Program-made: the position numbers and the translations under genes
Shown: positions 48,465 through 58,502 of the stretch, one piece after another
Numbering within the stretch: position 1 is the first letter of the stretch
Layout of the letters: each line of letters begins with the position of its first letter
Notes under the pieces: generated by a model
The model's database searches: none
What the model saw: the letters and a program-made list of their open reading frames with translations, nothing else
What the model was told of the DNA's origin: nothing
Assembly: GCA_963759805.1 (NCBI GenBank)
Contig: CAVXAT010000004.1
Coordinates: forward strand, 1 to 64,000
Direction of reading: 5' to 3'
Origin: an uncultured bacterium
GTDB lineage: Bacteria > Babelota > Babeliae > Babelales > RVW-14
Length of the DNA stretch: 64,000 bases

Positions 48465-51400
48465 ATGAATAGAAAACTGCGAATGTTATTGTTCTCCGCA
48501 GCGCTTTTGGGGTTAACATTTATGACCCGAGCGGTGGATAATAGTCAAGATTGGATGCCGATTGGCGATGACAAAGTCGACTTAGGTACGAATATTCTCG
48601 ATGGTACAGAAAGTAGTGAATATTACGTTGTCGAAACCGGTGGTGTTTATGTAAATGGCGATCGTATTTGGGGTGTTAAATCTGGCCATGGTTATAACGG
48701 TCATAATATAAACTTCCAGGCTATAGCCGGTGATACAAATACATTAAATATTTATGGTACCTTGTGGGATGATACCGGTTCAGCAGAAATACCCGATGAA
48801 GATGGAAATCCGTTTCAATGTTCATTAAAAATCGACGGAAATGTCCACATTGATGTTTTGGATGCGAATACTACTGCTACAGTTAATGTTGTGAAAAGTC
48901 CTTTAGCAGAAGCAAAAGACTTAGACGTTCCAACAATTATTGAACCATACATCTATGAGTATACATCATTCGCCGGAGGTACTGAAGGGTCTAATTATTC
49001 GTTGGTTGTTTTTAATGTTGCAACAGGAAACACTCTTTTCGTTAACATTGGAACAGACATAACGTTTAGAGGTCGTACAGTTGGCAAGCGCCCTGAAGAA
49101 ACCCTCAACAGTGACGGATATGTACGTGCCAAACAAATAGAAGAAACTATTTACGACATGGTAATTGTTTTCAAAGGTGCAGGCCAAACAAAGTTTGTCC
49201 TTGCCGATGGAACAATCGTCTCATTTAATGGTGGTGTTGATAAGACTCATGGAATTACAATTGACCCTGTGTCAGGCGAAATTACATGGAGTACACTTTC
49301 AAATCATGCGGCAGGAACAAAGGTATTCCTCTGTATGGACCAAGCACAAACCGATGTGAATAACGGTCAAAGCAAAGTTGTATTTGAACGTGACAACACA
49401 ACTAACCCAGATGCACGTTCGATGGTTTTTGTCGGTTATAACTCATTAATCACATATCTGTCAGACAACAAGACCGGTTTGGTTGGTGGTGGAACACAAC
49501 CTGGCGGATGTGCTGCTCTGGCATTTGATCCTTCAAATGTGGAAGGTAGCGGTCGCTTGATTCTCTTCTTAAAAGGTGCGTATGATTGGTGGTGGGATTA
49601 CGTATCAGAGGAGCCTGATTCAGAAAATCCTCACGAATATTTTTATGAAATACACAGCAAATATCCATTCAACGATGCTGCAGTTATTGTAGCAGGTCAT
49701 TATGTTCCTGACTTCTCAGATGACTCTATTCTTGACTACGATGGCTATGATCAAAGTATTACAAGCGATGTAGATTACAGTATTCCTGCAGGTATTACAG
49801 CCAAATTTAACATTATTGATAATAACTATTATAACGATCCAACAATTGTAAAACCGGTTACTGATGATCCAGAAAATAAACGTTTGCTATGGGTTATTAA
49901 CGATGTACAAAACCATGGTACTTTAGCATCCGATCCATACTGGTATTATTGGAATTCTTCAAGCTATGGTTATGATTGGGCTTGGTTCAACAATGGTAAA
50001 ACACCAACTGCAGACAGCCGTAACGTACGTCATGGATTTATCATTGGTATCAATGGTGTAATGGATATTTATGATAACACAGGGTTGGCATTTGTTGCAG
50101 GCGCGTTGAATCAAGTGGATCCACTTATAGCGCGTGATCTTGATGATGGTGGTATGTCGCTTGAAAATCAATACATAAAGGCGAGAAACCCATCGGCACT
50201 TATAATAGATAATGTTGATGAATCTTTATTTGCAGCCGGCAAGGTTGCATTTACTGCCGGTAATCCATTTATGACTGGGCCTGTGAATGGGGCTTCTACA
50301 GGCTTGATCAATGAAAACGCAGTACATGCCCAAATTCTCCTACGTGGTAATGGTGTTGCATACTTCATGGAAGCGGCTTCAAGCTGCCTCCCTGTCCTTG
50401 ATCCAAATACCTGTGCTATTACTGAGTATGCTCCGGTGCCATTTGGATATATATTCAACTTCTGGGCAAAAACCACTCATCCAGCTTCAGATGATCCTGT
50501 TGGCGATCCATTCCTTAACTATGAACAAGCATTAGCTGTTGGCCAAGGTGGTTATGGATCAGTCGTTTGTTCAACATATGATGGATGGCAGCTTAGTTCA
50601 AACGACATGACTCAACCTATTCCTCAAGCTTTAGGTGAAGGCATTGAAGGTATACATGTTCTTGATGTAGAAGGTAAGCTTTCTACGCATGGGCTATTCA
50701 ATACAACATTATATGTGGATCCTTATGCGTTTCCGCTTGTCCCTCGTAGCTATGACTCAGCATACGACAATGGTACGCTTGAAATATCACCGGTTGTAAG
50801 AGATTGGACCGGTATGGAAATTGATTCCTTGGGTAATGAGATTTCTCGTCCATTGTTAAACGACGGAACACAGTATCCTCGTTACAACAGTCCTGCAATG
50901 TACCTCAACTTTAATGCTCAACTGTTTAACACAATTTTGCGTCACGATGATGCAACCAAATATGTTGATGGAGTTCCTTCAGATTCAGATCCTGCATACA
51001 CCGGTGGCGAAGTATACTTCTTTAGCAATGAAAATCCAGTATTCGTTGTAGATTATCCATCATCTCCAGACAGATATCGTATGCCGGAACTAAGATTCTT
51101 CAACTCATCATTTGAGTTGCATGAATCTGCTTGTACATCAGGCGTACGTTTTGTATACAGAGATATTCCTACGGGAGAAATGGTCAACGGGGTTGCAGTA
51201 ACCGGCGGTGCAGATGGCAATAACCTTAGCACAGTCACATTCTTTGACCATGGTGATGTTCTTGACTCAGTTGGCAAAGGGTTTGGCCGTGCATTGGTGT
51301 TCAGCAGCACGAATGTATTAATGTCTGACGGTTCGTATAACTATGCAACAGAAAGCTCATTTGTAAATGTGTACAAAGGGAATATGCCTCTTGTTTCACC

Positions 51401-54400
51401 TGCTGTTTCATCCACTGCGCAACTCACATTGTTGCGTGCTGATGAGTATCCAGATGTTCTTGGAGTTAGCTACCTAAACCAAAATGCACACCACCTGTTT
51501 ATGCTCTCTCAGCCTGATGTAAGTGTTTCAGAGCTTAATCCGGATACAACAGGTGCACACTGCTGGATGTTGCTTGGCTGGCCAAGAATGACAACAAGCG
51601 ATACACTTGCTGGTACATCATTCTATCCTGATACTCCAGATATGGTATTCCCATTTGCTGATTCAGGAGAAATTGTAAGTGGAAATCCATTCCCAGCAAT
51701 GCCTTATGATACACGAACAATTTCTAATGCTATTCCATTTAATCCGGAAAGTGTTATTCCTCTACCTGGTCACGTGATTTTCCCTCTTGATGTAATTCAC
51801 CCAACATATCCAGCAACTCCCGGTGTACTTGCAATAGGTAATGGCGGTCAAACTCCTTCAGGTGATTCTGATGGTACCTTGATCACATTTGGTAGTTGGA
51901 ATAAAGATGGATATGCAGTTCTACCTCCAGTTACATCTTCGTCACAAGATGGCACAGAGTCAGGATTGTACGTCAGAGACGGCATAATCTATGACAGTCA
52001 TGGCGGCAAGGTAACAATAACAACAAGCGGGTTTGATCCTAATGATCCTTCAACACGCAACTACAAGACACCTGTAACATATTTTGACACAATGGTTGCA
52101 AAATTATTGTGGAATGATTGGGATTACGAAAACTATGTGAGAGATTATCAATTCAGCGGAATTTTCGATCTTCCTGCTGATCAAGTAGTTTTCTCAAAGA
52201 CCTATGCTGTTCAGCCATGGGGTCTGACAACAGAGATGATGGAAGCTCGTGGTCCAGTAGATACAAATGGTTTGATTCGTATCGATGCAGATCAAAGCCA
52301 ATATGCATTCAATACGCCTGCAAACACAAGATATTTACGCGCTGATGAAAGTGGCGTAGAAGAGATGTTGATTGGTTGGCACAACAGAGATCCACTACCA
52401 TCACTGTCACAAGCAAAAGGTTCAAAAAGAACGGCCAAAGCCGTAAGAAAAGCTCCTGCGTTTAGTCCAAAAATGCCAAACGAGATTAACAAGTTCTTAA
52501 CACGTGCAACAGAAAGTCCAGATACTCCAGTGGTACGTCCTACATACCTGTTCTACATCGGGCCTGAGGATGATATAAAACAGTTGCGTGTAGCTGGTGC
52601 AACAATGGCTGATCCATTCTGCGTTGACATAGGTGGTGATGGTGAGTGGCCAATTGCAGCTCGTGTTCGTGAAATTGTTTCACAAAAGACAGAAGCTGAT
52701 CTGTACACAGAGCACTTCATTGGTGAGGGTGCACACGCTGTTCTCTTCGGAGAAAGAGGTGGAACAATTGGTCTTGGAACCAGAGATTGGAATGAAAATT
52801 CACTCAGCGCTTGGAATCTTCTTGGCAAAGAGTATGTTTCAATTGCTCCTCTTGGTGATATGACAATTATGCTTAACTCGGATCTTATCGTTGCTGATAA
52901 TTTACCATTGATTGCAACAACGGCATTTGGTTCAGAGCAAACCAATAGATTAACATTCTACTCAGATATACCTCGTGAAATCAGAGTTCCTTCCGGATGT
53001 GTGCTTGACTTAAGCGCATTTGGACAAGGAGCGTATGGGCAAGAGATTGAATTTGCAGGACAAGTCAGACTTGTTCTTGAAGATGGTGCTGCAATTCGCT
53101 TCCCATCACGTGATGTTGCTAATGGTGGCATAGTCCTTTACTTCAATGATGATTCGCAATTTATCTTTGAAGGTCGCGAGATCCCAGGGTACTACGATTC
53201 ATTGGTTCAAACGGATTATGACTCAATCAAGTTGATTGGTAAAGGTGACATCTGGCTCAATAAGAATGCTAAGATGCTGGTCAATGGTGATGTCCGTGTG
53301 GCAGTAGAATCTGACAGGCTTACACCACAAACATCAATCACACTTAGTATGCGTCGTCAATCCGCATGCTACATTGGTGATGAAAGCATGTCAGGTGGTA
53401 TATTCCAAGTTGGTAACACAACAAATTTACAAAGTGATATACCTAATTTCTATCAAGTAAGATTTACACTTGAAATGAACGGCACTGAGGCTATGTTCCA
53501 AATCAACCGCGGAGGCTTCTTTGGCCTTGGCGCAGGTATAATCAACAATGGTAGCGAGGCTGCTTCGTATCCTAACGGTGATGCAACAGTGGTTGACAAT
53601 CCAAAAATACAGACGGATCCTTTACTTCCAAACTTCGGCAAGGCTCGAATAGGGTTGGATGGATTGCCTATGTTCACACCTGATGGTGATTACCAAACAA
53701 TAGGCGGTGGCAATGCATGGGAGGTAACTCCTCTGTACAACGTTTACAGAACATCTGTTGAAATTACAGAAGGTGTATTCCAACACAACAACATTGCTGA
53801 TGGCTCTGATTCTACAGCGTCACTTATGGCTTACGGGCCATCACAAATCCACAGACTGCGTTTGTCCAGTGGTAACCAAGCAATTGTTCGCGGCGGTGGA
53901 AACCTGATGTTTGTACCTTGGTTGAATTGGGATGGTAGCACAACACGTAAATTCTACCCAGCAAACATTTGGAATTACGCCGGCAAGCTCACAACCGGTG
54001 AAGCTTACACAATCCTTGGTTCAGCTGGTATCATCTTGAATTCATTGGTCAGCGCTGACGCATCTGCAGTTACCGACTGGAACGGTGGCCGTTCTGTAAC
54101 ATTTGATGCTACACATGTGGGCGATTGGAACTCAACCGCTTATGATATGTTCAGATACTTCGGCTTCTATCCATATGAGTATCAACAGGCTAAGAGAGTC
54201 TGCTTGGGTGCAACACAGTTTGCTCCGGTAATTGGATTTGTAAACCTTGATGTACAAAATGTTCTGTATCCGGTTACCATGAACAGAATTGTACGTCTAG
54301 ATAATCCAGGCGACATCAATGGGGATGTACGTCAATCTCTCAACCTTGGTTATGTTGATTGTCGTAGTGATGGAAATAATGATCCAGATGTATTTGGAAA

Positions 54401-54413
54401 TCGCAACTCGTAA
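48465..54413 (+). CDS. Giant (1982 aa) exported beta-rich protein; surface/adhesin/S-layer candidate
   Basis: AAGGAG RBS, signal peptide, D/G/N/T/Y/W-rich; no recognised enzyme motif. Confidence 0.85.
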   Translation: MNRKLRMLLFSAALLGLTFMTRAVDNSQDWMPIGDDKVDLGTNILDGTESSEYYVVETGGVYVNGDRIWGVKSGHGYNGHNINFQAIAGDTNTLNIYGTLWDDTGSAEIPDEDGNPFQCSLKIDGNVHIDVLDANTTATVNVVKSPLAEAKDLDVPTIIEPYIYEYTSFAGGTEGSNYSLVVFNVATGNTLFVNIGTDITFRGRTVGKRPEETLNSDGYVRAKQIEETIYDMVIVFKGAGQTKFVLADGTIVSFNGGVDKTHGITIDPVSGEITWSTLSNHAAGTKVFLCMDQAQTDVNNGQSKVVFERDNTTNPDARSMVFVGYNSLITYLSDNKTGLVGGGTQPGGCAALAFDPSNVEGSGRLILFLKGAYDWWWDYVSEEPDSENPHEYFYEIHSKYPFNDAAVIVAGHYVPDFSDDSILDYDGYDQSITSDVDYSIPAGITAKFNIIDNNYYNDPTIVKPVTDDPENKRLLWVINDVQNHGTLASDPYWYYWNSSSYGYDWAWFNNGKTPTADSRNVRHGFIIGINGVMDIYDNTGLAFVAGALNQVDPLIARDLDDGGMSLENQYIKARNPSALIIDNVDESLFAAGKVAFTAGNPFMTGPVNGASTGLINENAVHAQILLRGNGVAYFMEAASSCLPVLDPNTCAITEYAPVPFGYIFNFWAKTTHPASDDPVGDPFLNYEQALAVGQGGYGSVVCSTYDGWQLSSNDMTQPIPQALGEGIEGIHVLDVEGKLSTHGLFNTTLYVDPYAFPLVPRSYDSAYDNGTLEISPVVRDWTGMEIDSLGNEISRPLLNDGTQYPRYNSPAMYLNFNAQLFNTILRHDDATKYVDGVPSDSDPAYTGGEVYFFSNENPVFVVDYPSSPDRYRMPELRFFNSSFELHESACTSGVRFVYRDIPTGEMVNGVAVTGGADGNNLSTVTFFDHGDVLDSVGKGFGRALVFSSTNVLMSDGSYNYATESSFVNVYKGNMPLVSPAVSSTAQLTLLRADEYPDVLGVSYLNQNAHHLFMLSQPDVSVSELNPDTTGAHCWMLLGWPRMTTSDTLAGTSFYPDTPDMVFPFADSGEIVSGNPFPAMPYDTRTISNAIPFNPESVIPLPGHVIFPLDVIHPTYPATPGVLAIGNGGQTPSGDSDGTLITFGSWNKDGYAVLPPVTSSSQDGTESGLYVRDGIIYDSHGGKVTITTSGFDPNDPSTRNYKTPVTYFDTMVAKLLWNDWDYENYVRDYQFSGIFDLPADQVVFSKTYAVQPWGLTTEMMEARGPVDTNGLIRIDADQSQYAFNTPANTRYLRADESGVEEMLIGWHNRDPLPSLSQAKGSKRTAKAVRKAPAFSPKMPNEINKFLTRATESPDTPVVRPTYLFYIGPEDDIKQLRVAGATMADPFCVDIGGDGEWPIAARVREIVSQKTEADLYTEHFIGEGAHAVLFGERGGTIGLGTRDWNENSLSAWNLLGKEYVSIAPLGDMTIMLNSDLIVADNLPLIATTAFGSEQTNRLTFYSDIPREIRVPSGCVLDLSAFGQGAYGQEIEFAGQVRLVLEDGAAIRFPSRDVANGGIVLYFNDDSQFIFEGREIPGYYDSLVQTDYDSIKLIGKGDIWLNKNAKMLVNGDVRVAVESDRLTPQTSITLSMRRQSACYIGDESMSGGIFQVGNTTNLQSDIPNFYQVRFTLEMNGTEAMFQINRGGFFGLGAGIINNGSEAASYPNGDATVVDNPKIQTDPLLPNFGKARIGLDGLPMFTPDGDYQTIGGGNAWEVTPLYNVYRTSVEITEGVFQHNNIADGSDSTASLMAYGPSQIHRLRLSSGNQAIVRGGGNLMFVPWLNWDGSTTRKFYPANIWNYAGKLTTGEAYTILGSAGIILNSLVSADASAVTDWNGGRSVTFDATHVGDWNSTAYDMFRYFGFYPYEYQQAKRVCLGATQFAPVIGFVNLDVQNVLYPVTMNRIVRLDNPGDINGDVRQSLNLGYVDCRSDGNNDPDVFGNRNS

Positions 54414-54425
54414 TTTGAAATAAAT

Positions 54426-54450
54426 GCAGGGGAGTTTTTATCTCCCCTGC
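54426..54450 (+). promoter_or_regulatory. Intergenic GC stem-loop without a U-tract
   Basis: gcaggggag-tttttat-ctcccctgc followed by gtgaaaaag. Confidence 0.55.
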
Positions 54451-54499
54451 GTGAAAAAGTGTTTAACATAACACAAACATGGTAATTTTTTAGGGAGTT

Positions 54500-56422
54500 A
54501 TGATGAGAAAAAATCTAATGAAGGTAGCGGTACTTGCAGGCCTTGGGCTTGTAGGACAACTTGCTGCAACGGATTTTCGTGCTCCGATTGCTACGCAAAT
54601 GGGTCCGCTGCACTACTCATTTGATAAACTGCACAAGAAAAAATCTAATTTTACATACTTCACAACTGCACACTTCAGAGAGACAGATCAAGCTTTCATG
54701 AAGAATGGCACAGAGACGCATCCATTGGCGCAATTGATTTTCGGCAAACCTGATTTTACAATCAGTCAAGCATTAGGAAATGGCCCAATATATAATTTGG
54801 GTTTGACACAAAACTACAACCCATACCTAAATACGGTCAGACTTGCTCCCCGTGTTTCTTACTCAGAAGCAGGCGTGTTCTTTGGTGCAAACTGGGATTA
54901 TCCTGTATGGCATAACAAAGGTCGCATTGGTATTCGTGGTAGCCTTCCTATCCGTTGGGTGAGAATGGAACGCGATGATGAAGCTGAGGCAAATGCTCTG
55001 GGATTACAGGGTGATGTAATCAAGGGCGAAGTAAGAAGAGTAAATCCATTTAAGTCTGGCCCTGCCGCAGGGGTAATTGGATCAATAAGCTCTTACAGAT
55101 TGGCTTTGTTACGTGGTTTGATTTATCCAACTCCAACTGGGATAGTTTGGTCAGCGTATCAACCCCTTGGAAATAATAATGGCGTATCTTTAGCAAACGT
55201 TAATTATGTTCAACCAAGTGCTGGAGCATATGGAAGTACTACAGCTGCAATCCCATTTGCTGTTATAAAGGCCGCAAAATATGGTCAGCCTCCTATAGGA
55301 CAAGGTGGTGCAATTTTGGAAGACAAGACTAGTGGGTTTGCCGTTAACACAGAGACTGCAAATACAACTATTAACTATCCTAATGCTTCCGGCATTGGTG
55401 TAGCTAATGGGAATCTTGCAAATTTAGATCCTGATGGTAGTGGGCCAATTTCAAATAGAAATCCTAACTTGGCTGGCGATGTTGCTGCTGCATTTGTTAA
55501 TGTTGGTGATTATACTCACATGTTAAATCATGATAACAAAAATCTTTGGGCGACAACGATTAATGGCTTAAATGGCCAACCAATACAAACATCCCAAAAT
55601 GGCGTAGATTTTATTGATAATCTTTTACTTTATTACAATGGGGATGTTGAGCAATGGCTTGCAGACCGTGGATTTGTAATAGCAACTGACGAGCAAACAG
55701 GTTTGGGCGATATTCCACTTGAGCTCTTCTATGAACACTCATTTAACGACAAATGGAGAGGTGAGCTCTGCTTTGGCGTCCTGTTCCCAACAGGTAATGG
55801 TGGATCGGATTATGCAGGCAATCCATTCCGTGTACAGATGGGTGTCGGCAGTCACTGGGAAATCAAGCTCGGTGCTATGGCAGCATGGCAAGCAATACGT
55901 TGCATGAATGTCAAACTTGATCTTTCTTACAACTTTGCTCTTGAAGCCACAGAACAATGTAAGGCAGCTTACAAAGGTGCAACAGTTAAAAACTTTGGAC
56001 CTCGAGCTGATGCGAACGTTAGCTGGAGTTACTTCCTTGGCAATCTTGACTTCAACTTTACTCATCCAAAATCCAAAAAGATCAATGGTATGATCGGTTA
56101 TCAACTGTATTACAAGACAGAAGATGATATCGACTTCAAGCATGACAAGGCTTTATCCTGGCTTGGTGATGTGTGGACAGATGCTAATGGTAATGTAGCA
56201 ACTGCTACAGTCGCCGGCACACAATGGTCCCCACTGCTTCTTCCACTCGATGGAAATGTTGCTCAGGAGAATACCGAACAATGGGCTCACAGAATCCGCT
56301 TGGAAGGTTCTTACAATCTAAGCAAATACTGCACAGCCTCAGTTGGTGGTTTGTACACCTTCGCAGGTCAAAACATGCCTGTTGAAGCTGACGTCCATTG
56401 TGCATGGCAGGTTAGATTCTAA
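54500..56422 (+). CDS. Putative outer-membrane beta-barrel protein
   Basis: Signal peptide; amphipathic strands (GLGDIPLELFY, GVLFPTG, LDLSYNF, IRLEGSY); C-terminal WQVRF beta-signal. Confidence 0.7.
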   Translation: MMRKNLMKVAVLAGLGLVGQLAATDFRAPIATQMGPLHYSFDKLHKKKSNFTYFTTAHFRETDQAFMKNGTETHPLAQLIFGKPDFTISQALGNGPIYNLGLTQNYNPYLNTVRLAPRVSYSEAGVFFGANWDYPVWHNKGRIGIRGSLPIRWVRMERDDEAEANALGLQGDVIKGEVRRVNPFKSGPAAGVIGSISSYRLALLRGLIYPTPTGIVWSAYQPLGNNNGVSLANVNYVQPSAGAYGSTTAAIPFAVIKAAKYGQPPIGQGGAILEDKTSGFAVNTETANTTINYPNASGIGVANGNLANLDPDGSGPISNRNPNLAGDVAAAFVNVGDYTHMLNHDNKNLWATTINGLNGQPIQTSQNGVDFIDNLLLYYNGDVEQWLADRGFVIATDEQTGLGDIPLELFYEHSFNDKWRGELCFGVLFPTGNGGSDYAGNPFRVQMGVGSHWEIKLGAMAAWQAIRCMNVKLDLSYNFALEATEQCKAAYKGATVKNFGPRADANVSWSYFLGNLDFNFTHPKSKKINGMIGYQLYYKTEDDIDFKHDKALSWLGDVWTDANGNVATATVAGTQWSPLLLPLDGNVAQENTEQWAHRIRLEGSYNLSKYCTASVGGLYTFAGQNMPVEADVHCAWQVRF

Positions 56423-56439
56423 AAAAAGGAAGGGATTAT

Positions 56440-56474
56440 TCCATGGATCCTGAAACGAGTTCAGGATGACACAG
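56440..56474. repeat. Palindromic element family C
   Basis: Identical 35 bp to 14263-14297. Confidence 0.85.
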
Positions 56475-56494
56475 CGGAATAATCTTATACTTAA

Positions 56495-56539
56495 AATATA
56501 TTTGCAAAAAGGGTCGGTTCGCGCCGGCCCTTTTTGCAT
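56495..56539. terminator. Terminator hairpin, copy 1 of a 45-bp direct repeat
   Basis: tgcaaaaagggtcgg-ttcgcg-ccggccctttttgca. Confidence 0.8.
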
Positions 56540-56651
56540 GTTGTGGAGGATAACGCGCTAAATCTTTGATGTTTCTAGTTTTAGTTGAGATTTTGTTAAA
56601 GATTTAAGATACTTAAATTCAAAGTGAGTTGTAAAAAAGAGAAGCAGAAAT

Positions 56652-56881
56652 ATGACACCAAATATTTTTAGCTATAGAAATTACAAGTTCTTTTTCTTTT
56701 CTCGTGAGGAGTCCAGAATGCATGTGCACGTGAGATCTTCTGAAGGTGAAGCGAAGTTTTGGATATTGCGTTGGCAGATTATAGAGGATACTCGGAGCGA
56801 CAGTTAAGAGAACTTGCGAGGATTGTGGAAAAATATGAAAAAGAGATCCAAAAAGCTTGGGAAAGCTATTTCGGTTGCTGA
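56652..56881 (+). pseudogene. DUF4160 (HicA-like) toxin, frameshifted near 56764
   Basis: MTPNIFSYRNYKFFFFSREESRMHVHV...EAKFW, then IALADYRGYSERQLRELARIVE...AWESYF continues in another frame. Confidence 0.8.
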
Positions 56882-57101
56882 GATTCAAGGTATCTCAAAA
56901 CAAGGTATGTGGATTTTGGTGAAAGATCGGGAATTCTTTCTGCCGTTTGAAGAGTACCCATGGTTTGCAAAAGCAACAATTAATCAAATATATGATTTTA
57001 AGCTTTATCACGAAAAGCATCTACATTGGCCATCTTTGGATGTAGATTTGGATATTGATTCGCTTAAATATCCCGAGGCATATCCATTGAAATGTAAATG
57101 A
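56835..57101 (+). CDS. DUF2442 protein (antitoxin partner of DUF4160)
   Basis: EFFLPFEEYPWF..AT..QI, LHWPSLDVDLDIDSL..PE.YPL. Confidence 0.88.
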   Translation: MKKRSKKLGKAISVAEIQGISKQGMWILVKDREFFLPFEEYPWFAKATINQIYDFKLYHEKHLHWPSLDVDLDIDSLKYPEAYPLKCK

Positions 57102-57136
57102 TTTAAATCATGAAAAAAATTGAACAAAGTTCGGTT

Positions 57137-57181
57137 AATATATTTGCAAAAAGGGTCGGTTCGCGTCGGCCCTTTCTGCAT
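57137..57181. terminator. Terminator hairpin, copy 2 of the 45-bp direct repeat
   Basis: 43/45 identical to 56495-56539. Confidence 0.8.
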
Positions 57182-57210
57182 TTAAGCGATATTTCGATTG
57201 AATACTGAAG

Positions 57211-58479
57211 TTAAGAATTAGCGTTCTCGGGCTTATTTTCGAAAATCAAGACCTGAAACACTCTTCGTGCGCTGGCCTGTTGGACCTGAAAACAGTAGTT
57301 TTCATAAACAACACGCTCGCCCTTTCTAGGTAGATGTTGCAGCCTTTCAGCCAGAAATCCGCCAAGTGTTACTGAATCTTCAGTCATGAACTTTATTTTG
57401 AGTAGCTCTTCAAGTTCTTCAAGCCCTATACCGGCGTTGACAAGCCATCCCCCACGTTCGAGTGGAACAATGTCTGTGCTTTCGGTCTCAAGTTCGTCGG
57501 TAATTTCATCCCCAATGATCTCTTCAAAAATATCCTCAAGTGTTACAAGACCTTCAATGTTGCCATACTCATCAACAATAATTGCCATGTGCATGTGCAT
57601 TTTTAGGAGCTCGCTTAAAAGTTGATTAATCTTCTGAGTCTCCGGTACCAGAAGAACCGGTCTGACCAGTTCTTTGAGAGGTCTTTTTTTGCCTTGAAAC
57701 AGCATGTCAAAAAAGTCCTTTTGATAAACTATTCCAATGATGTTGTCATAGTTGTTTTCGTAAACGGGAATTCTTGAAAAGCGCGATTTATAAAATGTGT
57801 TAGACGCCTCTTCTGTTGATGCATTTACATCGAGAAGGATTATGTCGGACTTTGGTTTCATTATCTCTTTGACAACAGTTTGTCCAAGACTGAAAACGTT
57901 TTGTAACATCTCTGTTTTCTCACGCTCCATCAAGCCTTTTTCATCACTATAATCAATCAAAAATTCAATTTCTTTCTCCGAAACCATATCCTGTTTTTCT
58001 AAAATATGCGATCCGCCAACTGTTTTGAATATGTAGTCTGAAATTTTCAGAAGTATTGTGACCATGGGATATGTAATTTTAAAAATAGAATTTATTAGCC
58101 ACAAAAATGATGCAAACAATCTTTCGTGATGGGTTTTTGCAAAACTCTTTGGAATAATTTCACCAAAAATAAGAATTATTGCCGTTGCCAGAGCTACACC
58201 AATCGCCAATCCCAGCGGGCCAAAGCAGCGCTGCATGATATGAGAGATAAGTACGGATGTTAGAACATGTGCAAAGTTGTTTGCAATCAAAATTGTAATC
58301 AGTATTCTCTGAGGATTTTTTTCCCAGGCGGAAAACAGTGCTTTATATTTGGCAACAGAAACCTCTAACTCTTTAAGTTTAAAAAGTCTGAGTGCCGTGA
58401 ATGCCGTTTCCAAAAAAGCAAAAAGTGCTGCAAAAAACAATGAAAAGAAGAACAGCGCAAACAAAAATAAAATCGACAT
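57211..58479 (-). CDS. HlyC/CorC (CNNM-CBS-CorC) transporter/hemolysin family
   Basis: ETAF, ILIANN, FGEIIPKS, FSRIPVY, IVDEYG..EGLVTLEDI. Confidence 0.93.
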   Translation of the reverse strand: MSILFLFALFFFSLFFAALFAFLETAFTALRLFKLKELEVSVAKYKALFSAWEKNPQRILITILIANNFAHVLTSVLISHIMQRCFGPLGLAIGVALATAIILIFGEIIPKSFAKTHHERLFASFLWLINSIFKITYPMVTILLKISDYIFKTVGGSHILEKQDMVSEKEIEFLIDYSDEKGLMEREKTEMLQNVFSLGQTVVKEIMKPKSDIILLDVNASTEEASNTFYKSRFSRIPVYENNYDNIIGIVYQKDFFDMLFQGKKRPLKELVRPVLLVPETQKINQLLSELLKMHMHMAIIVDEYGNIEGLVTLEDIFEEIIGDEITDELETESTDIVPLERGGWLVNAGIGLEELEELLKIKFMTEDSVTLGGFLAERLQHLPRKGERVVYENYCFQVQQASARRVFQVLIFENKPENANS

Positions 58480-58502
58480 AAAACTCCAAATTAAAAACAG
58501 AC

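Noticed and set aside
54500..56422. Classical TpsB/Omp85 transporter or autotransporter
   Set aside because: No POTRA or VRGY/F motif seen; left as an unclassified barrel candidate
56495..57181. Integron cassette with attC sites
   Set aside because: The repeats lack RYYYAAC/GTTRRRY boxes and look like plain terminators; no integrase is present
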